From positions 10,920 to 74,919 of the forward strand of contig JAGCOW010000048.1 of assembly GCA_017642535.1 (NCBI GenBank): a stretch of DNA of 64,000 nucleotides, given 5' to 3'. Position 1 is the first letter of the stretch. The number at the start of each line of letters is the position of its first letter. Below, piece after piece: positions 10,825 to 22,511 of the stretch. The notes beneath the pieces were generated by a model. The model searched no databases. It was given only the letters and a program-made list of their open reading frames with translations, and had not been told where the DNA came from. The position numbers and the translations under genes were made by a program. This DNA is from Bacteroidales bacterium (GTDB taxonomy: Bacteria > Bacteroidota > Bacteroidia > Bacteroidales > UBA1715).

Positions 10825-12158
10825 TCGTTTTCGCCCTCGTTTTGCTCCATCGTTCCGTTTTCAGTTGTTTCTGCATTGGATTTCACATAATTAATAATGA
10901 TAAGCGGCGAACGGCGTTTGAGCGCGTCAGTATGAACCGACAAAACATCTTCATCTAAAATGATTTCCTTTATCTTTTTTGCGGCATAAAACGGCTGCAA
11001 ATGCTCTATTGGCGTATAACCAATGTTGATTCTCGATAATTTTTCACAATGTTCCATTCCTTCGATTGATGAAATCTGCGTGTGAGAGCAATCAAAATCC
11101 GTCAATGAAATACAGCCAGCCAATGGCGAAACGTCTGTAATCAACGTGTGAGAAATGTTCAACCGTTTCAGTTTATCCATAACCGACAACACCGAAATAT
11201 CGGCAACATTGGTGTAGGAAATATCCAACTTCTCAAGATTGACGCTTGGTTCAAGTTCTGCAACAGAAGATACCTGCGTATGCGACGCATTCAATTCCTT
11301 CATATTGACCTTATTTTTCAAGAATGCGACATTTTTTGCCGAGCTATGCGAAATATCAACTTTTTTCAGTCGTGTAGCACGAATCAACATATCAAAATTG
11401 CCAATAGAATCGCACCCTATGGCATAAAATTCCTGCAAACGCGACGTACTACTATACAAAAATCCCAACGATTTCAATCTGTCACATTCCGAAACGTTCA
11501 CTTTGGTAAATGTGGCAACGTCGGAAAACACGTCCAAAGTAGCATCAGTTGCCTGAGGATTGTACGAAACGTCCAACAGTGTAAGTTGATTGAGAGCAGC
11601 CAACGTATCATAATTTATAAACGTATGCGAACTTCCCGATATGTTTAACTTTTTGAGTTGTTTCATCTTAGCCAAAAATCCCAACGAAGCCAATGGAGAT
11701 TTTTCAAACGACACACTTTCCAAGTTTTGCAATTCACTCAATGACTCATAGTCAATTACATCGGTCGATATTACTAAAAGTTCTTTGAGCGAGGCGACCT
11801 CAGCCAGCGGAGCAAGCGAAATCGGCTCCTGCGTATGACATTTTTTCAATTGAAGAGACTCCAATTCCTTCAGTTTTTTCACTGATGACAAGTCGGTTAT
11901 TTCTTGCGTGTTTTCAACAACTAACTTCTTAATCCACTTAAATTTAGAGCATACCGCATCAAAATCCGACTGCGAAATATCGGTTCCAAACTGTACAAGA
12001 CGATTTTCTATCTCGGGTATTTTCTGGATTTCGTTCAGCACCGAAGCCGATGCGTCATAAATTCGCACACTCACCGTAGAAAGCGAATATCCATTGTATT
12101 GTGCGGAACACACGAAAACCGAACAGATTAGAACAATTACACTGAAAAATTTTCTCAT
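10821..12158 (-). CDS. Secreted leucine-rich repeat protein (internalin-like)
   Basis: Signal peptide; repeated LxxLxIS.T.V.D.S.L units. Confidence 0.85.
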   Translation of the reverse strand: MRKFFSVIVLICSVFVCSAQYNGYSLSTVSVRIYDASASVLNEIQKIPEIENRLVQFGTDISQSDFDAVCSKFKWIKKLVVENTQEITDLSSVKKLKELESLQLKKCHTQEPISLAPLAEVASLKELLVISTDVIDYESLSELQNLESVSFEKSPLASLGFLAKMKQLKKLNISGSSHTFINYDTLAALNQLTLLDVSYNPQATDATLDVFSDVATFTKVNVSECDRLKSLGFLYSSTSRLQEFYAIGCDSIGNFDMLIRATRLKKVDISHSSAKNVAFLKNKVNMKELNASHTQVSSVAELEPSVNLEKLDISYTNVADISVLSVMDKLKRLNISHTLITDVSPLAGCISLTDFDCSHTQISSIEGMEHCEKLSRINIGYTPIEHLQPFYAAKKIKEIILDEDVLSVHTDALKRRSPLIIINYVKSNAETTENGTMEQNEGENE

Positions 12159-12307
12159 CGAAAAAGTTTTTTCAAAGATAATTAGTTTTAGGTAATAACA
12201 AAAAAATGATTTTGTATTTGCATAAAAAGAAAAGAATTGTACATTTACACGATGTAAAATTTATTAATCACGCACGGGCTTTGTTTCGTGCATAAAACGT
12301 AAAATCT

Positions 12308-13162
12308 ATGGCAGAAAAAAAAGAACACAAAATCATTACGAGTGATGCTGCGAAAACAGCAAGTAGCAAGGGTGTAGCGGCACAACAAATCGCCCAATCG
12401 ACAGTAGGCCTTCGTATTGGCTCAGTAGTACTTTGGATTGTAGCTCTTGTAGCGGAATTTCTTGCAATCAAGGCAAGTTTCATCCCAGCTCCGGCAGAAG
12501 ACGAAGAAGCAACTTTATTTATGGGAATGGCTCCATTCACTGCTCTCATCGTTTTCTTGGTAATTGACCTTATTTGCGTCATTGGAGGTTCATTGTTGTG
12601 GAAGAAAGCTAACCACATTCACCCTGCTTCCGAAAAGAATGCTCTCACATTCTGGTTGTGGAACAACTTGGGCGTGATTATGGCTGCTGTAGCATTCATT
12701 CCATTCATCATCTTATTGCTTACTAACAAAAACGCCGATCAAAAGACAAAAACAGTCGGAACAATCGTTGCCGTTGTTGCAATGTTGATTGCCGGATTTA
12801 GCAGTTATGACTATAATCCATATTCAGCAGAAGAACAACAAGAAATCTTGAAAATGGAAGAAGCTACTTCAACAGTATTTTGGACTGAAGGAGGAAAAGT
12901 ATTCCACATTTATGAAGATTGTCAACATTTGAACCAATCAGAGGAATTGCACCAAACAACAACCCAAGAAGCAGAACAAGCTGGTAAGGAACGTTTGTGC
13001 AAGACCTGCTTGAAACGTCACGAAAAAGAAGTTGCCGAAACTCCTGCAGAAGTTTCAGAAGAAGGTCAATCTGCACTTGAAGAAGCCTCAGAAACAGTAA
13101 ATGACGCTGTTGAAGATGTAAAGGAAGTAAAGAACGAAGTTGAAGAAGCAGTTGAAGAATAA
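12308..13162 (+). CDS. Membrane protein with C-terminal His/Cys metal-binding motif
   Basis: About 4 TM helices; FHIYEDCQHL...RLCKTC; acidic tail. Confidence 0.7.
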   Translation: MAEKKEHKIITSDAAKTASSKGVAAQQIAQSTVGLRIGSVVLWIVALVAEFLAIKASFIPAPAEDEEATLFMGMAPFTALIVFLVIDLICVIGGSLLWKKANHIHPASEKNALTFWLWNNLGVIMAAVAFIPFIILLLTNKNADQKTKTVGTIVAVVAMLIAGFSSYDYNPYSAEEQQEILKMEEATSTVFWTEGGKVFHIYEDCQHLNQSEELHQTTTQEAEQAGKERLCKTCLKRHEKEVAETPAEVSEEGQSALEEASETVNDAVEDVKEVKNEVEEAVEE

Positions 13163-13180
13163 TCTTACTCTGTAAAACCC

Positions 13181-13216
13181 AAAATCCTTCCCCGCGATGC
13201 GAGGAAGGATTTTTTA
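13181..13216. terminator. Bidirectional terminator
   Basis: aaaatccttcc...ggaaggatttt inverted repeat between convergent genes. Confidence 0.8.
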
Positions 13217-14062
13217 TTTTGTATCCTCTGTATCAATTGATTTACGGAAACTATTGATGAGCGACGGTGTAAGCAATGTATTAGAAAAACCGCCGTCGTT
13301 ATAAATGGTCTGCATAGTTACTCGTTTGGTGTAGTCGGAAAACATCATCACGCACACATCAGCAAGATCGTCGGCAGTCGCATTGCCCAATGGAGCAAGT
13401 TGATTCGAATACGAGAAAAAGTAAGATTCTTCGTTCCAATGACTACCAGCTTTTGTCGGTACAGGCGACTGTGAAATCGCATTTACACGAATTTGTTTCT
13501 GTTCGCCGAGAATACGACCAAAGTTCCGAACGATAGATTCCAAAAGAGCTTTCGCGTCCGACATATCATTGTAGCCAGCCATACTTCGTTCCGATGCTAT
13601 GTATGTGATAGTCAGCACCGAAGCCCCCCTCTTCAAAACATTAAGACGATGAGCGGTCTGGAGCAACTTATGGAACGACAAAGCAGAAATATCAAGTGTT
13701 TTTTGAAAATACGAATAACAAAGATTATCGTATGATTTACGACGACGCAAATTTAAAGACTGAGCAACAGAATGGAGTATGAAATCTATTTGACCGCCCA
13801 GTAATTTCTGCGATTCGAGCAATAAATGTTCCAAATCATCTTCATTCGTCGCATCACACGGTATAAACGGCATATTGACTGAAGAAGCCAATTTTTCGGA
13901 AGATCCGAGTTTTGCGGCAGCTTTCGTATTAGTGATGACAATATTTGCACCTTCGTCAACACAATGTTTTGCAACAGCCCATGCAAGGGATTTCTCATTA
14001 AACACTCCGAAAATAATACCTCTTTTCCCTGCTAAAATATGTTTTGATTCAGTCGTATCCAT
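13214..14062 (-). CDS. fabI: Enoyl-ACP reductase
   Basis: GKRGIIFG..NEKSLAW, DFILHS, YNDMSDAKALLES: Bacteroidetes FabI signature. Confidence 0.88.
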   Translation of the reverse strand: MDTTESKHILAGKRGIIFGVFNEKSLAWAVAKHCVDEGANIVITNTKAAAKLGSSEKLASSVNMPFIPCDATNEDDLEHLLLESQKLLGGQIDFILHSVAQSLNLRRRKSYDNLCYSYFQKTLDISALSFHKLLQTAHRLNVLKRGASVLTITYIASERSMAGYNDMSDAKALLESIVRNFGRILGEQKQIRVNAISQSPVPTKAGSHWNEESYFFSYSNQLAPLGNATADDLADVCVMMFSDYTKRVTMQTIYNDGGFSNTLLTPSLINSFRKSIDTEDTK

Positions 14063-14101
14063 TACTACTTAATCACAAGGTCGTTATTTTCTTTTTTGGG
14101 G

Positions 14102-15415
14102 TTATTTAAAAAGATTGTCATTGAGAGCTATCAACGCCTTTTCCTTGTTGGCATTATCAATCAAAACGGAAATATTGTGCTCGCTACCGCCATAACTAAT
14201 CATTCGTACCGGAATGTCTTTCAACGCGTTAAGAACCTCAGCCGCGTGACCTTGCTCTTCAGCAATCATATTTCCAACGATACAAATAATAGTCTGATCC
14301 TTGTCAATCTCAACAGTACCAAGTTTTTTGAGTTCATCGGTAATTTGAGCCAAGTAATCGGTTTTGTCAATCGTGAGCGAAAGAGCAACTTCCGAAGTGG
14401 TAATCAAGTCAATCGGTGTCTTATATTTTTCAAAAACCTCGAACACTCTGCATAAGAAACCGTATGCAAGCAACATTCTGCCAGATTTGATTTTAATTGC
14501 CGTCAATCCTTCTTTTGCCGCGATGGCTTTTACGCCCGTACCCGTTGTCTTATTCGTGATAATTGTTCCCTTTGCTTGTGGTTGCATAGTGTTTTTCAAC
14601 AAGACAGGGATATTTTTCACTTTTGCGGGAAGCACTGTCGAGGGGTGAAGAATTTTCGCTCCAAAATAGGCCAATTCTGCTGCTTCGTCAAACGACATTT
14701 CAGCAATTGGATGCGTATCTTTCACGATACGAGGGTCGTTATTGTGAATACCGTCAATATCCGTCCATATTTCTACCGCTTCGGCATTGATGGCTGCACC
14801 AATAAGCGATGCGGAATAGTCGCTACCGCCACGTTTTAAGTTATCAACCTCGCCTTTGTCGTTCGTACAAATAAAACCTTGCGTAATGAACAACGTAGTG
14901 TTGGCGTATTGACTTAGAACCTTTTTCAAACGAGTTTCAATTTCTGACAAAACAGGTTCACCGTCGGCATCTACAATCATAAAATCCAAAGAGTTCAACA
15001 AAACCGAAGAAATGTTGTTTTCCTCGTGATATAACTGAACAAGATTTGTTGACATGATTTCGCCACGAGCCAAAATCATTTTTTCTGCCTGAATGGAGAA
15101 AGGTTTATGAGCAAACGAACGGACAACGTCGCATTCGCGAGCGATTATGGCAGCGGCCTTGTCGCGATATTCTTGTGTATTCAGCAAGCCCTCAATCACG
15201 CCAGCATACTTTTTCTCAAGAGCAGAAATGAGATTTGATGCACCGTCGTCATTCCCTTTTTTATAGTAATCTGCTATTTCAACAAGATTGTTTGTCGTTC
15301 CCGACATTGCAGAAAGGACAACTATTTGTTGCGTTCCGTCAGTAATGAGTTTCGAAACGCTTTTCATTCTTTCAGGAGAACCAACCGAGGTTCCTCCAAA
15401 TTTTAATACTTTCAT
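14102..15415 (-). CDS. lysC: Aspartate kinase
   Basis: KFGGTSVG, RGGSDYSA, WTDIDG, EAAELAYFGAKILHP motifs and ACT domains. Confidence 0.95.
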   Translation of the reverse strand: MKVLKFGGTSVGSPERMKSVSKLITDGTQQIVVLSAMSGTTNNLVEIADYYKKGNDDGASNLISALEKKYAGVIEGLLNTQEYRDKAAAIIARECDVVRSFAHKPFSIQAEKMILARGEIMSTNLVQLYHEENNISSVLLNSLDFMIVDADGEPVLSEIETRLKKVLSQYANTTLFITQGFICTNDKGEVDNLKRGGSDYSASLIGAAINAEAVEIWTDIDGIHNNDPRIVKDTHPIAEMSFDEAAELAYFGAKILHPSTVLPAKVKNIPVLLKNTMQPQAKGTIITNKTTGTGVKAIAAKEGLTAIKIKSGRMLLAYGFLCRVFEVFEKYKTPIDLITTSEVALSLTIDKTDYLAQITDELKKLGTVEIDKDQTIICIVGNMIAEEQGHAAEVLNALKDIPVRMISYGGSEHNISVLIDNANKEKALIALNDNLFK

Positions 15416-15434
15416 ATTGTATGTTTTAAGACGT

Positions 15435-15443
15435 GCAAAAGTA
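15435..15443 (-). promoter_or_regulatory. -7 promoter box (TACTTTTGC) for lysC-fabI
   Basis: TAnnTTTG consensus 20 nt upstream of the lysC ATG. Confidence 0.55.
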
Positions 15444-15494
15444 TAAAAATATCATCAGATTGCTAAAATCAATGTGATATTGTTGCACAAAAAA

Positions 15495-16223
15495 CTATTT
15501 CTTCAATTCAAAATTGCTTCCCAAATATACACGACGAACGTCAGGGTCGTTTGCCAAATCCTCGGCTGTTCCCGATTTGAAGATAGTTCCTTCAAACAAA
15601 ATGTTGGCATTGTCGGTAATTGAAAGCGTTTCGTCAACATTGTGGTCGGTGATGAGAATACCGATGTTTCTATCCTTTAAATTTCGCACAATACGCTGAA
15701 TCTCCTCAACAGCGATAGGGTCAACGCCAGCAAAAGGTTCGTCAAGAAGAATGAATTTCGGATCACTTGCCAGAGCACGAGCAATCTCCGTTCTACGACG
15801 TTCACCACCAGACAATTGAATGCCGAGGTTTTTACGAATATGAAGCAAGTTGAAATCGGTGAGTAACTCCTCCAATTTTTCTTTTTGCTCCTTTTTCGTG
15901 CGATTGGTCATCTCAAGAATGGCCATAATATTATTTTCAACCGAAAGCGAACGGAATACTGAAGCTTCTTGGGCAAGATACCCGATACCGTAACGGGCGC
16001 GTTTATAAACAGGTTCCGATGTGATATCAATGTCATCGAGGAAAATTTTTCCACCATCGGGATTGATAAGCCCCATAACCATATAAAACGACGTAGTTTT
16101 TCCCGCTCCATTAGGACCGAGCAAACCAACAATTTCGCCTTGTTTCACACTAAATGAAACATTTTGTACGACAGTTCTGCTGCCGTACTTTTTCATAATA
16201 TTTTCCGTTCTTAAAATAGACAT
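15495..16223 (-). CDS. lptB: LPS export ABC transporter ATPase
   Basis: [34 protein letters not shown] motifs. Confidence 0.95.
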   Translation of the reverse strand: MSILRTENIMKKYGSRTVVQNVSFSVKQGEIVGLLGPNGAGKTTSFYMVMGLINPDGGKIFLDDIDITSEPVYKRARYGIGYLAQEASVFRSLSVENNIMAILEMTNRTKKEQKEKLEELLTDFNLLHIRKNLGIQLSGGERRRTEIARALASDPKFILLDEPFAGVDPIAVEEIQRIVRNLKDRNIGILITDHNVDETLSITDNANILFEGTIFKSGTAEDLANDPDVRRVYLGSNFELKK

Positions 16224-16343
16224 CGCTCAAAAAATGTGTGCCGAAATTAGATTTTTTTTCAAAAAAGTCAAAGTAAAATGAAAAAATTCCGTGAAAAACA
16301 TTTACTTTGCAATAATAGCTATTATAAGAGGTATAAAAAACGT

Positions 16344-19300
16344 ATGCGTTCGTTTATTCTAAAATGTACTATTTGTATTGGGTTACTCTGCAGTTCCCTT
16401 CTTACTTTTTCCCAAGATGACTGGGATGAATGCGAAGATAGTCATGGAATAAATGTTTGCTACAAACAAAACAACCCTCTTTGTCCTGACCCACCTGACG
16501 GTAGTTATGTCGTAAAAGTATCGGGAATACCTCCAACAGCAAACGATATCGTTGTCATTCTTTACAATTTTGACACAAAAGAATATGAGAAGAAGAACAT
16601 TCCTACGGGAATGAGCACATGCGTAGTAACATTTTCAAATCTTGCTTTCAATAATCTTTATCACCCATTGGTAAACATTGACGGTATCGCAAAATGGGAA
16701 GGCATGTCTTTTCAATTAAAAGTGCCTGAATACTCCGCAAAACTTACGAAAGAGCGAGAAGCTGGCTGTACTGGGCAACCTGTCGGTGTTGCTTCAGTAG
16801 AATTTAATGCAGGTATTGGGCCATATACTTGGGAATGGAATAAGAAAGATGACGCTTCTTTTGCAAAACATTCCAACCAAGCACAAATAACTGATATGAC
16901 TCCAGGAGATTATTTTGTGCGTGTAACCGATCAGAATGGGTGTACTATTAATTCCGATACACTCACAATTGCAACGCAAGATATTTCCATTTCTGTTACA
17001 AACACAAAAAACGTTTCGTGTAAAGACACTACGGATGGTGTTATTGAAGTAGCTGTTTCGGGAGCATATGGTGATTACAATCTCTATTGGAACGGCGACA
17101 AAAATCATCTCATCGACAAAAACGCATTAGGGAACAACAGTCTTGCAGCCGATACTTATATGATTCAAGTAGAAGACGAGATTGGCTGTACCGACGAAAC
17201 TGGTCCCGTTGAGATTACAGAGCCAGCTAAAAAAATCGAGCTAAATCTTACCGATTTCAAAGATTTGGATTGCAAAGATATCCCGAACGGACAAGCTACA
17301 TTTTCGGTTGAAAACGCCAACGGAGCGGTATCATATCTTTGGTCCGATGGTGCAGGAAGCGGTTCCTCAAGAAACGACCTTGCCGCCAATATTTCTTATT
17401 CTTTGACAGTGACCGACGCCAAAGGATGCAAAGCAACGAATTCTGTAAAACTTTCCCAACCCGATACCGAAGTTTCCGTATCAGTGCAAGATTTCAAAGA
17501 GCCAAGTTGTTATGGATATTCCGATGGAAGTATCACCGTAACAGCAATAGGCGGAAATTCTGGCGTTTTCGATTACAAATGGAATTCAACATTAGGAGAA
17601 GCCACAAAAAATAATATATCTGCTGGCGATTATGAAATCATTGCCATTGACGGCCTTGGTTGCACCGACACGATACAGTTCAACTTAGAACAACCGAACC
17701 CATTGGATGCATTGTTTACCCTTACTGGTGGTACAGCAGCTAATCCCAATGTACTGCCTTGTAACGGCGAGACACTTTCCGTAGCAATCTCCGTAGAAGG
17801 TGGCATTCCCCCTATTTCATATAAATGGTTCGACGAAGATTATGGTACGAAAACTTCAATGGAAGTGGGAGCCGGGAATGTGAATGTAATGATAAAAGAT
17901 GGTAATGGATGTGAACAACCTGCAACTACTACAATCATTGAACCAGAAAAAATCACAGCTACCATAAGCGAAAAAACGCCAATAAAATGTAACGGAGATT
18001 ATGGAGAATTGATAGTTTCCGTTACCGGAGGTACAGGAAATTACTCGTACAACTGGTCAACTGATTCAAAAACGGAAACTTCTGGTCAAGTTGGAGAAGG
18101 AACGTATTCCATTGAAGTAACAGACGAATATGGCTGTTCCGATAACCAATCGTACAATCTAAAACAACCGGAAACTTTGAATGCTCACATCGTTGTTTCT
18201 GAAGAAGCTTGTAAAGACATTACACAAGGAAACATAACTGTTGAAGTAATAGGAGGTACAGAACCCTTTGAATACCAATGGAATACAGGTGCAACTTCCG
18301 CATCGATAGATAATTTGACTGAAATAGTGTATAAGGTAACGGTAACCGATCAACATGGCTGTACCTCCATTGACTCGGTAAGTATGACAAATGAGAAAAA
18401 ATTTACAATAAAACCAAGTAAATCTAACGTGACATGCCCTGGTCGTGAAGATGGAACAGCAAGAATTCAAACTGTCTATGGAGAAACACCATATACCTTT
18501 AACTGGTCAAATGGGGAATCAATTCAAAACATTAAAAATCTTGCTGTTGGGACATATACAGTTCGCGTTACCGACTCTCGAGGTTGTGAAAAAAATGCAA
18601 CAATTGAAATTGGACTAATGCCACCAATGGTAGTTACTTCGTTAACTACTGAGCCAACTGCATGTTCGTTTCCAACAGGAACGGCGACCATTAAAGTAAC
18701 TGGTGGACAATCAAAGCTTAAATACGCATGGACCAAAGGTTCGGAAACACTGAGCACCAAAAATAAAGTGGAAAAGATTTCTGAAGGAACATACAATATA
18801 CAAGTCACTGATAGAAACGGTTGCGTGTTAGATACGAGTGCCACTATAGAAAAAGAAGCGAACATAAACATTGCCGTATTCAGCGAAGACACAATCATTC
18901 ACTGCGTAAACGGACAATCGGGAGTGGCAAAAGCCATAGCAAAAAATGGAGTTGAACCATATCAATTTCTGTGGTCTGATGGACAAACAACTGAAACAGC
19001 AACCAACTTGTCTGCCGGAACGTACAACGTTACCGCCACCGATGCCGATGGTTGCGATGTGACAACATCAATAAAGTTTTATGAAGATGATGTGTTAACC
19101 ATCATTACTTTAGAGCATAAAGACGCATCTTGCTTTGGTGCCGCGGACGGATATTTAGCCATAGACATTGAAGGTGGTGTGGCTCCATACACTATTTCTT
19201 GGAGTAATGGACCAACAACCTATACAAATCAAAAATTAGCAGCAGGAACATATACCGTAACTGTCGAAGATTCAAAAGGTTGTAGTGTAACTCAAGAATA

Positions 19301-22300
19301 CACCATCACACAACCCAATGCATTGACAATCGCAATTGAAAACCAAACGGGAATAACCTGCGAAGGCGATTGCGACGCATCTGCCGATGTTATTGTCACA
19401 GGTGGAACAATGCCTTACACAATACAATGGTCTTCGGGCGAAACAGGTTCTAACGCAACAGCATTATGCATAGGAACACAACAAGTGACCGTTGAAGACG
19501 CAAAAAAATGTATTGAGACCATTTCATTTGATGTGAATAGCACGCGAGATCGATTGATGGTAAATAATACGATAAAAAAATCCCCTATTTGTAGCGAAAT
19601 TGTACCTTCGGGCGAAATAACAGTGTCCCCTTCGGGTTCTTCAACGGGAGATTATTTCTACGAATGGAAAAATGACGGAACTATTATCTCAACAGCAAAT
19701 TCGGTTACCGGAGTGGAAGCTGGAGCTTATTCCTTACACCTTACCGACGGAACTTGTGCATTCGACACAACAATCACACTCAGCCATGTATTAGACGTAA
19801 CTTCTGAATTTGAATACATAGAATCAACTTGTGACGGAGAATCTTATAAACTGACAATCTCAAACGAAGACATTGCCAACTATTCATACGTATGGGATAA
19901 TGGTAGCACCACCCAAACAGCAACAGGATTAGACAATGGATTACATAGTGTAAAAGCAACCGACAAAGATGGTTGCATACTAACAACGTCGCTTCAAGTT
20001 GAAGAAAAGTATTTAAACTCTCAAGTTTCCGTAACAGATGTAAATTGTTTTGGAAAATCGAATGGCTCAGCTACGGTAACGGCAGAAAACACCAAAGGAG
20101 AGGTTCATTATAATTGGTACAAAAAATCATCAGACGAACTAATCGGTTCTGGAACATCGATTTCAGGATTATCAAAAGGCGATTACTACGTTGAAGTCTA
20201 TGACGATAATCATGCTACATGTGCCGACATAGTTGACGTTACAATTAACGAGCCAGTTGAAATGCAATTGATTATTGCAGAAGAAATGCCCTCGTATTGC
20301 CAAATGCCTAACGGAAGAATTATCGTTGAAATCATAGGTGATCCTATTCTACCTGTAACGTATGAATGGAAAGACAATGAATCCAATATATTGGGAGACA
20401 AAGCTTCGTGTACCGTCGTTCCTGCTGGAGTTGACATCACTATTACTGCCACCGACGCTGTTGGTTGCTCCGCCACCAAACTGAAACAAATTTCCGACAT
20501 ATCAAACTTCTCACTACAAATAATGCCAACCGCTGACATTAAATGTTTCGGGGGAAATGACGCAGCTTTAGAGGTGTTTACTATCAATGGAGAACCTCAA
20601 TTCACATATGCGTGGGATGGGTATCCTGACGTTAATTCCAATACGCTTACAGGACTAGCTTCTGGAACATATAGCGTTACCGTTACTGACGCGAAAGGAT
20701 GTAAAGCAACCGAAAGCTATTTCGTCCCCAATCCACAAGAACTACACGTTGAATTTGACGAAACACCACGTATAGAATGTAAAGGTGGCACTGGCACATT
20801 GACAGCCGTTGCTACTGGTGGTTGGCCTTCTTACACGTACAATTGGTACGATACAAATGACAACATACTCCAATCTTCTTCGCAATCTGATCTAAATTGC
20901 AAAAAAGGATTGTACAAAGTGAAAATCTCCGACAAATACGGGTGTGAAAGCGAAGTATTCTCCTATGAAATGACCGAACCCGACACATTAACAGCCATTT
21001 TCACTGTTGATGTTACCGAATGTGGAAACAACTCAGAAACTGGAAAAATAACGATTGACAAGATTTCTGGTGGGTGGGAAAATTCTCCATATCGTTACAA
21101 ATGGGGAAAACTCTCTGATGACAAGACATGGTTCGACTACGATTCATTAGAGACACAAGCATTGACGAACTTACCTGCAGGAACGTTTGTCTGTACCATA
21201 ACATATACCAAAGATTCCTCGGAATGCTACATTGAAAAGGAACTTTTCACAAACCCGCTTATGCCTGAATCTATAGAAACAGTATCTCAGCATACTCGTT
21301 GTAGTTACTATACTGATACGGAAATAGGAAATGGCGTAACCGACGGTAGCATTGAGGTTACAAAACTAATTGTATCAAAAGGGAATTATGACGATTCTAT
21401 GCAAAGTATCGCCAACATTGCAGATTACACCTTTACGTGGAATGATGCGAAACGACAGACTGGTCCTCTTGCAACTCATTTAAATACAGGTTCGTATGAG
21501 GTTACGGTAACTGGTGCGAACGAATGTTCTAAAACCTTCCAGACCGATACCATCGATTCCTATGTAAAATTGGACGCCGAGATTTATGCAACAGAAGACA
21601 ATACGCTGATTCGAAAACAAATCTGCTTGGAAGACTCATTGAACGTATCGGCTACGTTACGCCCGACATACGACTATGGGTACACTCCTACCGACAATAC
21701 AGTCTCGTATGCATGGTCAATTCTCGAAACGAATAGTTCCGCAACCATTAATACACCCGACGAACCTTCTACGTGGGTTACCCCACAAGCACAATACTAC
21801 GCCGATAGCAGTCAAGTCTTATTCTCTTACAGCATCGACGGATGTACTTCTAAACCCGTCAGTTACACCATCCTCCATTATGATTCCGTGAATTTTGCAA
21901 TCGAGATGTACGATACATTGGGCGTTTACATTGGAATGGACTCCGTTTCGGGATTACAAGGACTGCGGTACCTCTTCATGCCTATTGATGATCCATGGTT
22001 TGTTGACAAAACAGGCGAAAATGGTGTTACATCCATTTTGTGGCGTTCATCCAAACCGAATAAAATGGAAAAAGGATTGTTGGCTGACACTGTCACGAAC
22101 GAAAAGACCTATACCCGTTCTGGCAACACTGGCTTACTGATTCGACTTGAAGAATCCGAATATTTGTATGCAACTGCTACAACAATACACGGCTGTAAAG
22201 AACACGCACAAATCTATGTTGACGTAATGTCAAGTAACTTTGTACCTTCTGGTTTTTCACCTAACGGAGACGGAATCAACGACGAGTGGGTCATCCCCTA

Positions 22301-22511
22301 TTTAAATAATTGTCCAGAAGCCAAAATTCACATCTACAATCGTTGGGGCGTACTTGTATATGAAAATAACGTTGAATACAAGACGCAACCTTGGAACGGG
22401 ACATCGATGAACGGAAGCAAATTGCCTATGGGTACATATTATTATGTAATAGAATACAACGATATAAAAAATACTCCAACAAAAACAGGATCGGTTTCAA
22501 TTATACGATAA
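16344..22511 (+). CDS. SprB-repeat adhesin with type B T9SS (gliding-motility-associated) C-terminal domain
   Basis: Many GG..PY.Y.WS....L.AG.Y.VTVTDA.GC repeats; C-terminal PSGFSPNGDGINDEW..IYNRWG..WNG..GTYYY. Confidence 0.92.
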   Translation: MRSFILKCTICIGLLCSSLLTFSQDDWDECEDSHGINVCYKQNNPLCPDPPDGSYVVKVSGIPPTANDIVVILYNFDTKEYEKKNIPTGMSTCVVTFSNLAFNNLYHPLVNIDGIAKWEGMSFQLKVPEYSAKLTKEREAGCTGQPVGVASVEFNAGIGPYTWEWNKKDDASFAKHSNQAQITDMTPGDYFVRVTDQNGCTINSDTLTIATQDISISVTNTKNVSCKDTTDGVIEVAVSGAYGDYNLYWNGDKNHLIDKNALGNNSLAADTYMIQVEDEIGCTDETGPVEITEPAKKIELNLTDFKDLDCKDIPNGQATFSVENANGAVSYLWSDGAGSGSSRNDLAANISYSLTVTDAKGCKATNSVKLSQPDTEVSVSVQDFKEPSCYGYSDGSITVTAIGGNSGVFDYKWNSTLGEATKNNISAGDYEIIAIDGLGCTDTIQFNLEQPNPLDALFTLTGGTAANPNVLPCNGETLSVAISVEGGIPPISYKWFDEDYGTKTSMEVGAGNVNVMIKDGNGCEQPATTTIIEPEKITATISEKTPIKCNGDYGELIVSVTGGTGNYSYNWSTDSKTETSGQVGEGTYSIEVTDEYGCSDNQSYNLKQPETLNAHIVVSEEACKDITQGNITVEVIGGTEPFEYQWNTGATSASIDNLTEIVYKVTVTDQHGCTSIDSVSMTNEKKFTIKPSKSNVTCPGREDGTARIQTVYGETPYTFNWSNGESIQNIKNLAVGTYTVRVTDSRGCEKNATIEIGLMPPMVVTSLTTEPTACSFPTGTATIKVTGGQSKLKYAWTKGSETLSTKNKVEKISEGTYNIQVTDRNGCVLDTSATIEKEANINIAVFSEDTIIHCVNGQSGVAKAIAKNGVEPYQFLWSDGQTTETATNLSAGTYNVTATDADGCDVTTSIKFYEDDVLTIITLEHKDASCFGAADGYLAIDIEGGVAPYTISWSNGPTTYTNQKLAAGTYTVTVEDSKGCSVTQEYTITQPNALTIAIENQTGITCEGDCDASADVIVTGGTMPYTIQWSSGETGSNATALCIGTQQVTVEDAKKCIETISFDVNSTRDRLMVNNTIKKSPICSEIVPSGEITVSPSGSSTGDYFYEWKNDGTIISTANSVTGVEAGAYSLHLTDGTCAFDTTITLSHVLDVTSEFEYIESTCDGESYKLTISNEDIANYSYVWDNGSTTQTATGLDNGLHSVKATDKDGCILTTSLQVEEKYLNSQVSVTDVNCFGKSNGSATVTAENTKGEVHYNWYKKSSDELIGSGTSISGLSKGDYYVEVYDDNHATCADIVDVTINEPVEMQLIIAEEMPSYCQMPNGRIIVEIIGDPILPVTYEWKDNESNILGDKASCTVVPAGVDITITATDAVGCSATKLKQISDISNFSLQIMPTADIKCFGGNDAALEVFTINGEPQFTYAWDGYPDVNSNTLTGLASGTYSVTVTDAKGCKATESYFVPNPQELHVEFDETPRIECKGGTGTLTAVATGGWPSYTYNWYDTNDNILQSSSQSDLNCKKGLYKVKISDKYGCESEVFSYEMTEPDTLTAIFTVDVTECGNNSETGKITIDKISGGWENSPYRYKWGKLSDDKTWFDYDSLETQALTNLPAGTFVCTITYTKDSSECYIEKELFTNPLMPESIETVSQHTRCSYYTDTEIGNGVTDGSIEVTKLIVSKGNYDDSMQSIANIADYTFTWNDAKRQTGPLATHLNTGSYEVTVTGANECSKTFQTDTIDSYVKLDAEIYATEDNTLIRKQICLEDSLNVSATLRPTYDYGYTPTDNTVSYAWSILETNSSATINTPDEPSTWVTPQAQYYADSSQVLFSYSIDGCTSKPVSYTILHYDSVNFAIEMYDTLGVYIGMDSVSGLQGLRYLFMPIDDPWFVDKTGENGVTSILWRSSKPNKMEKGLLADTVTNEKTYTRSGNTGLLIRLEESEYLYATATTIHGCKEHAQIYVDVMSSNFVPSGFSPNGDGINDEWVIPYLNNCPEAKIHIYNRWGVLVYENNVEYKTQPWNGTSMNGSKLPMGTYYYVIEYNDIKNTPTKTGSVSIIR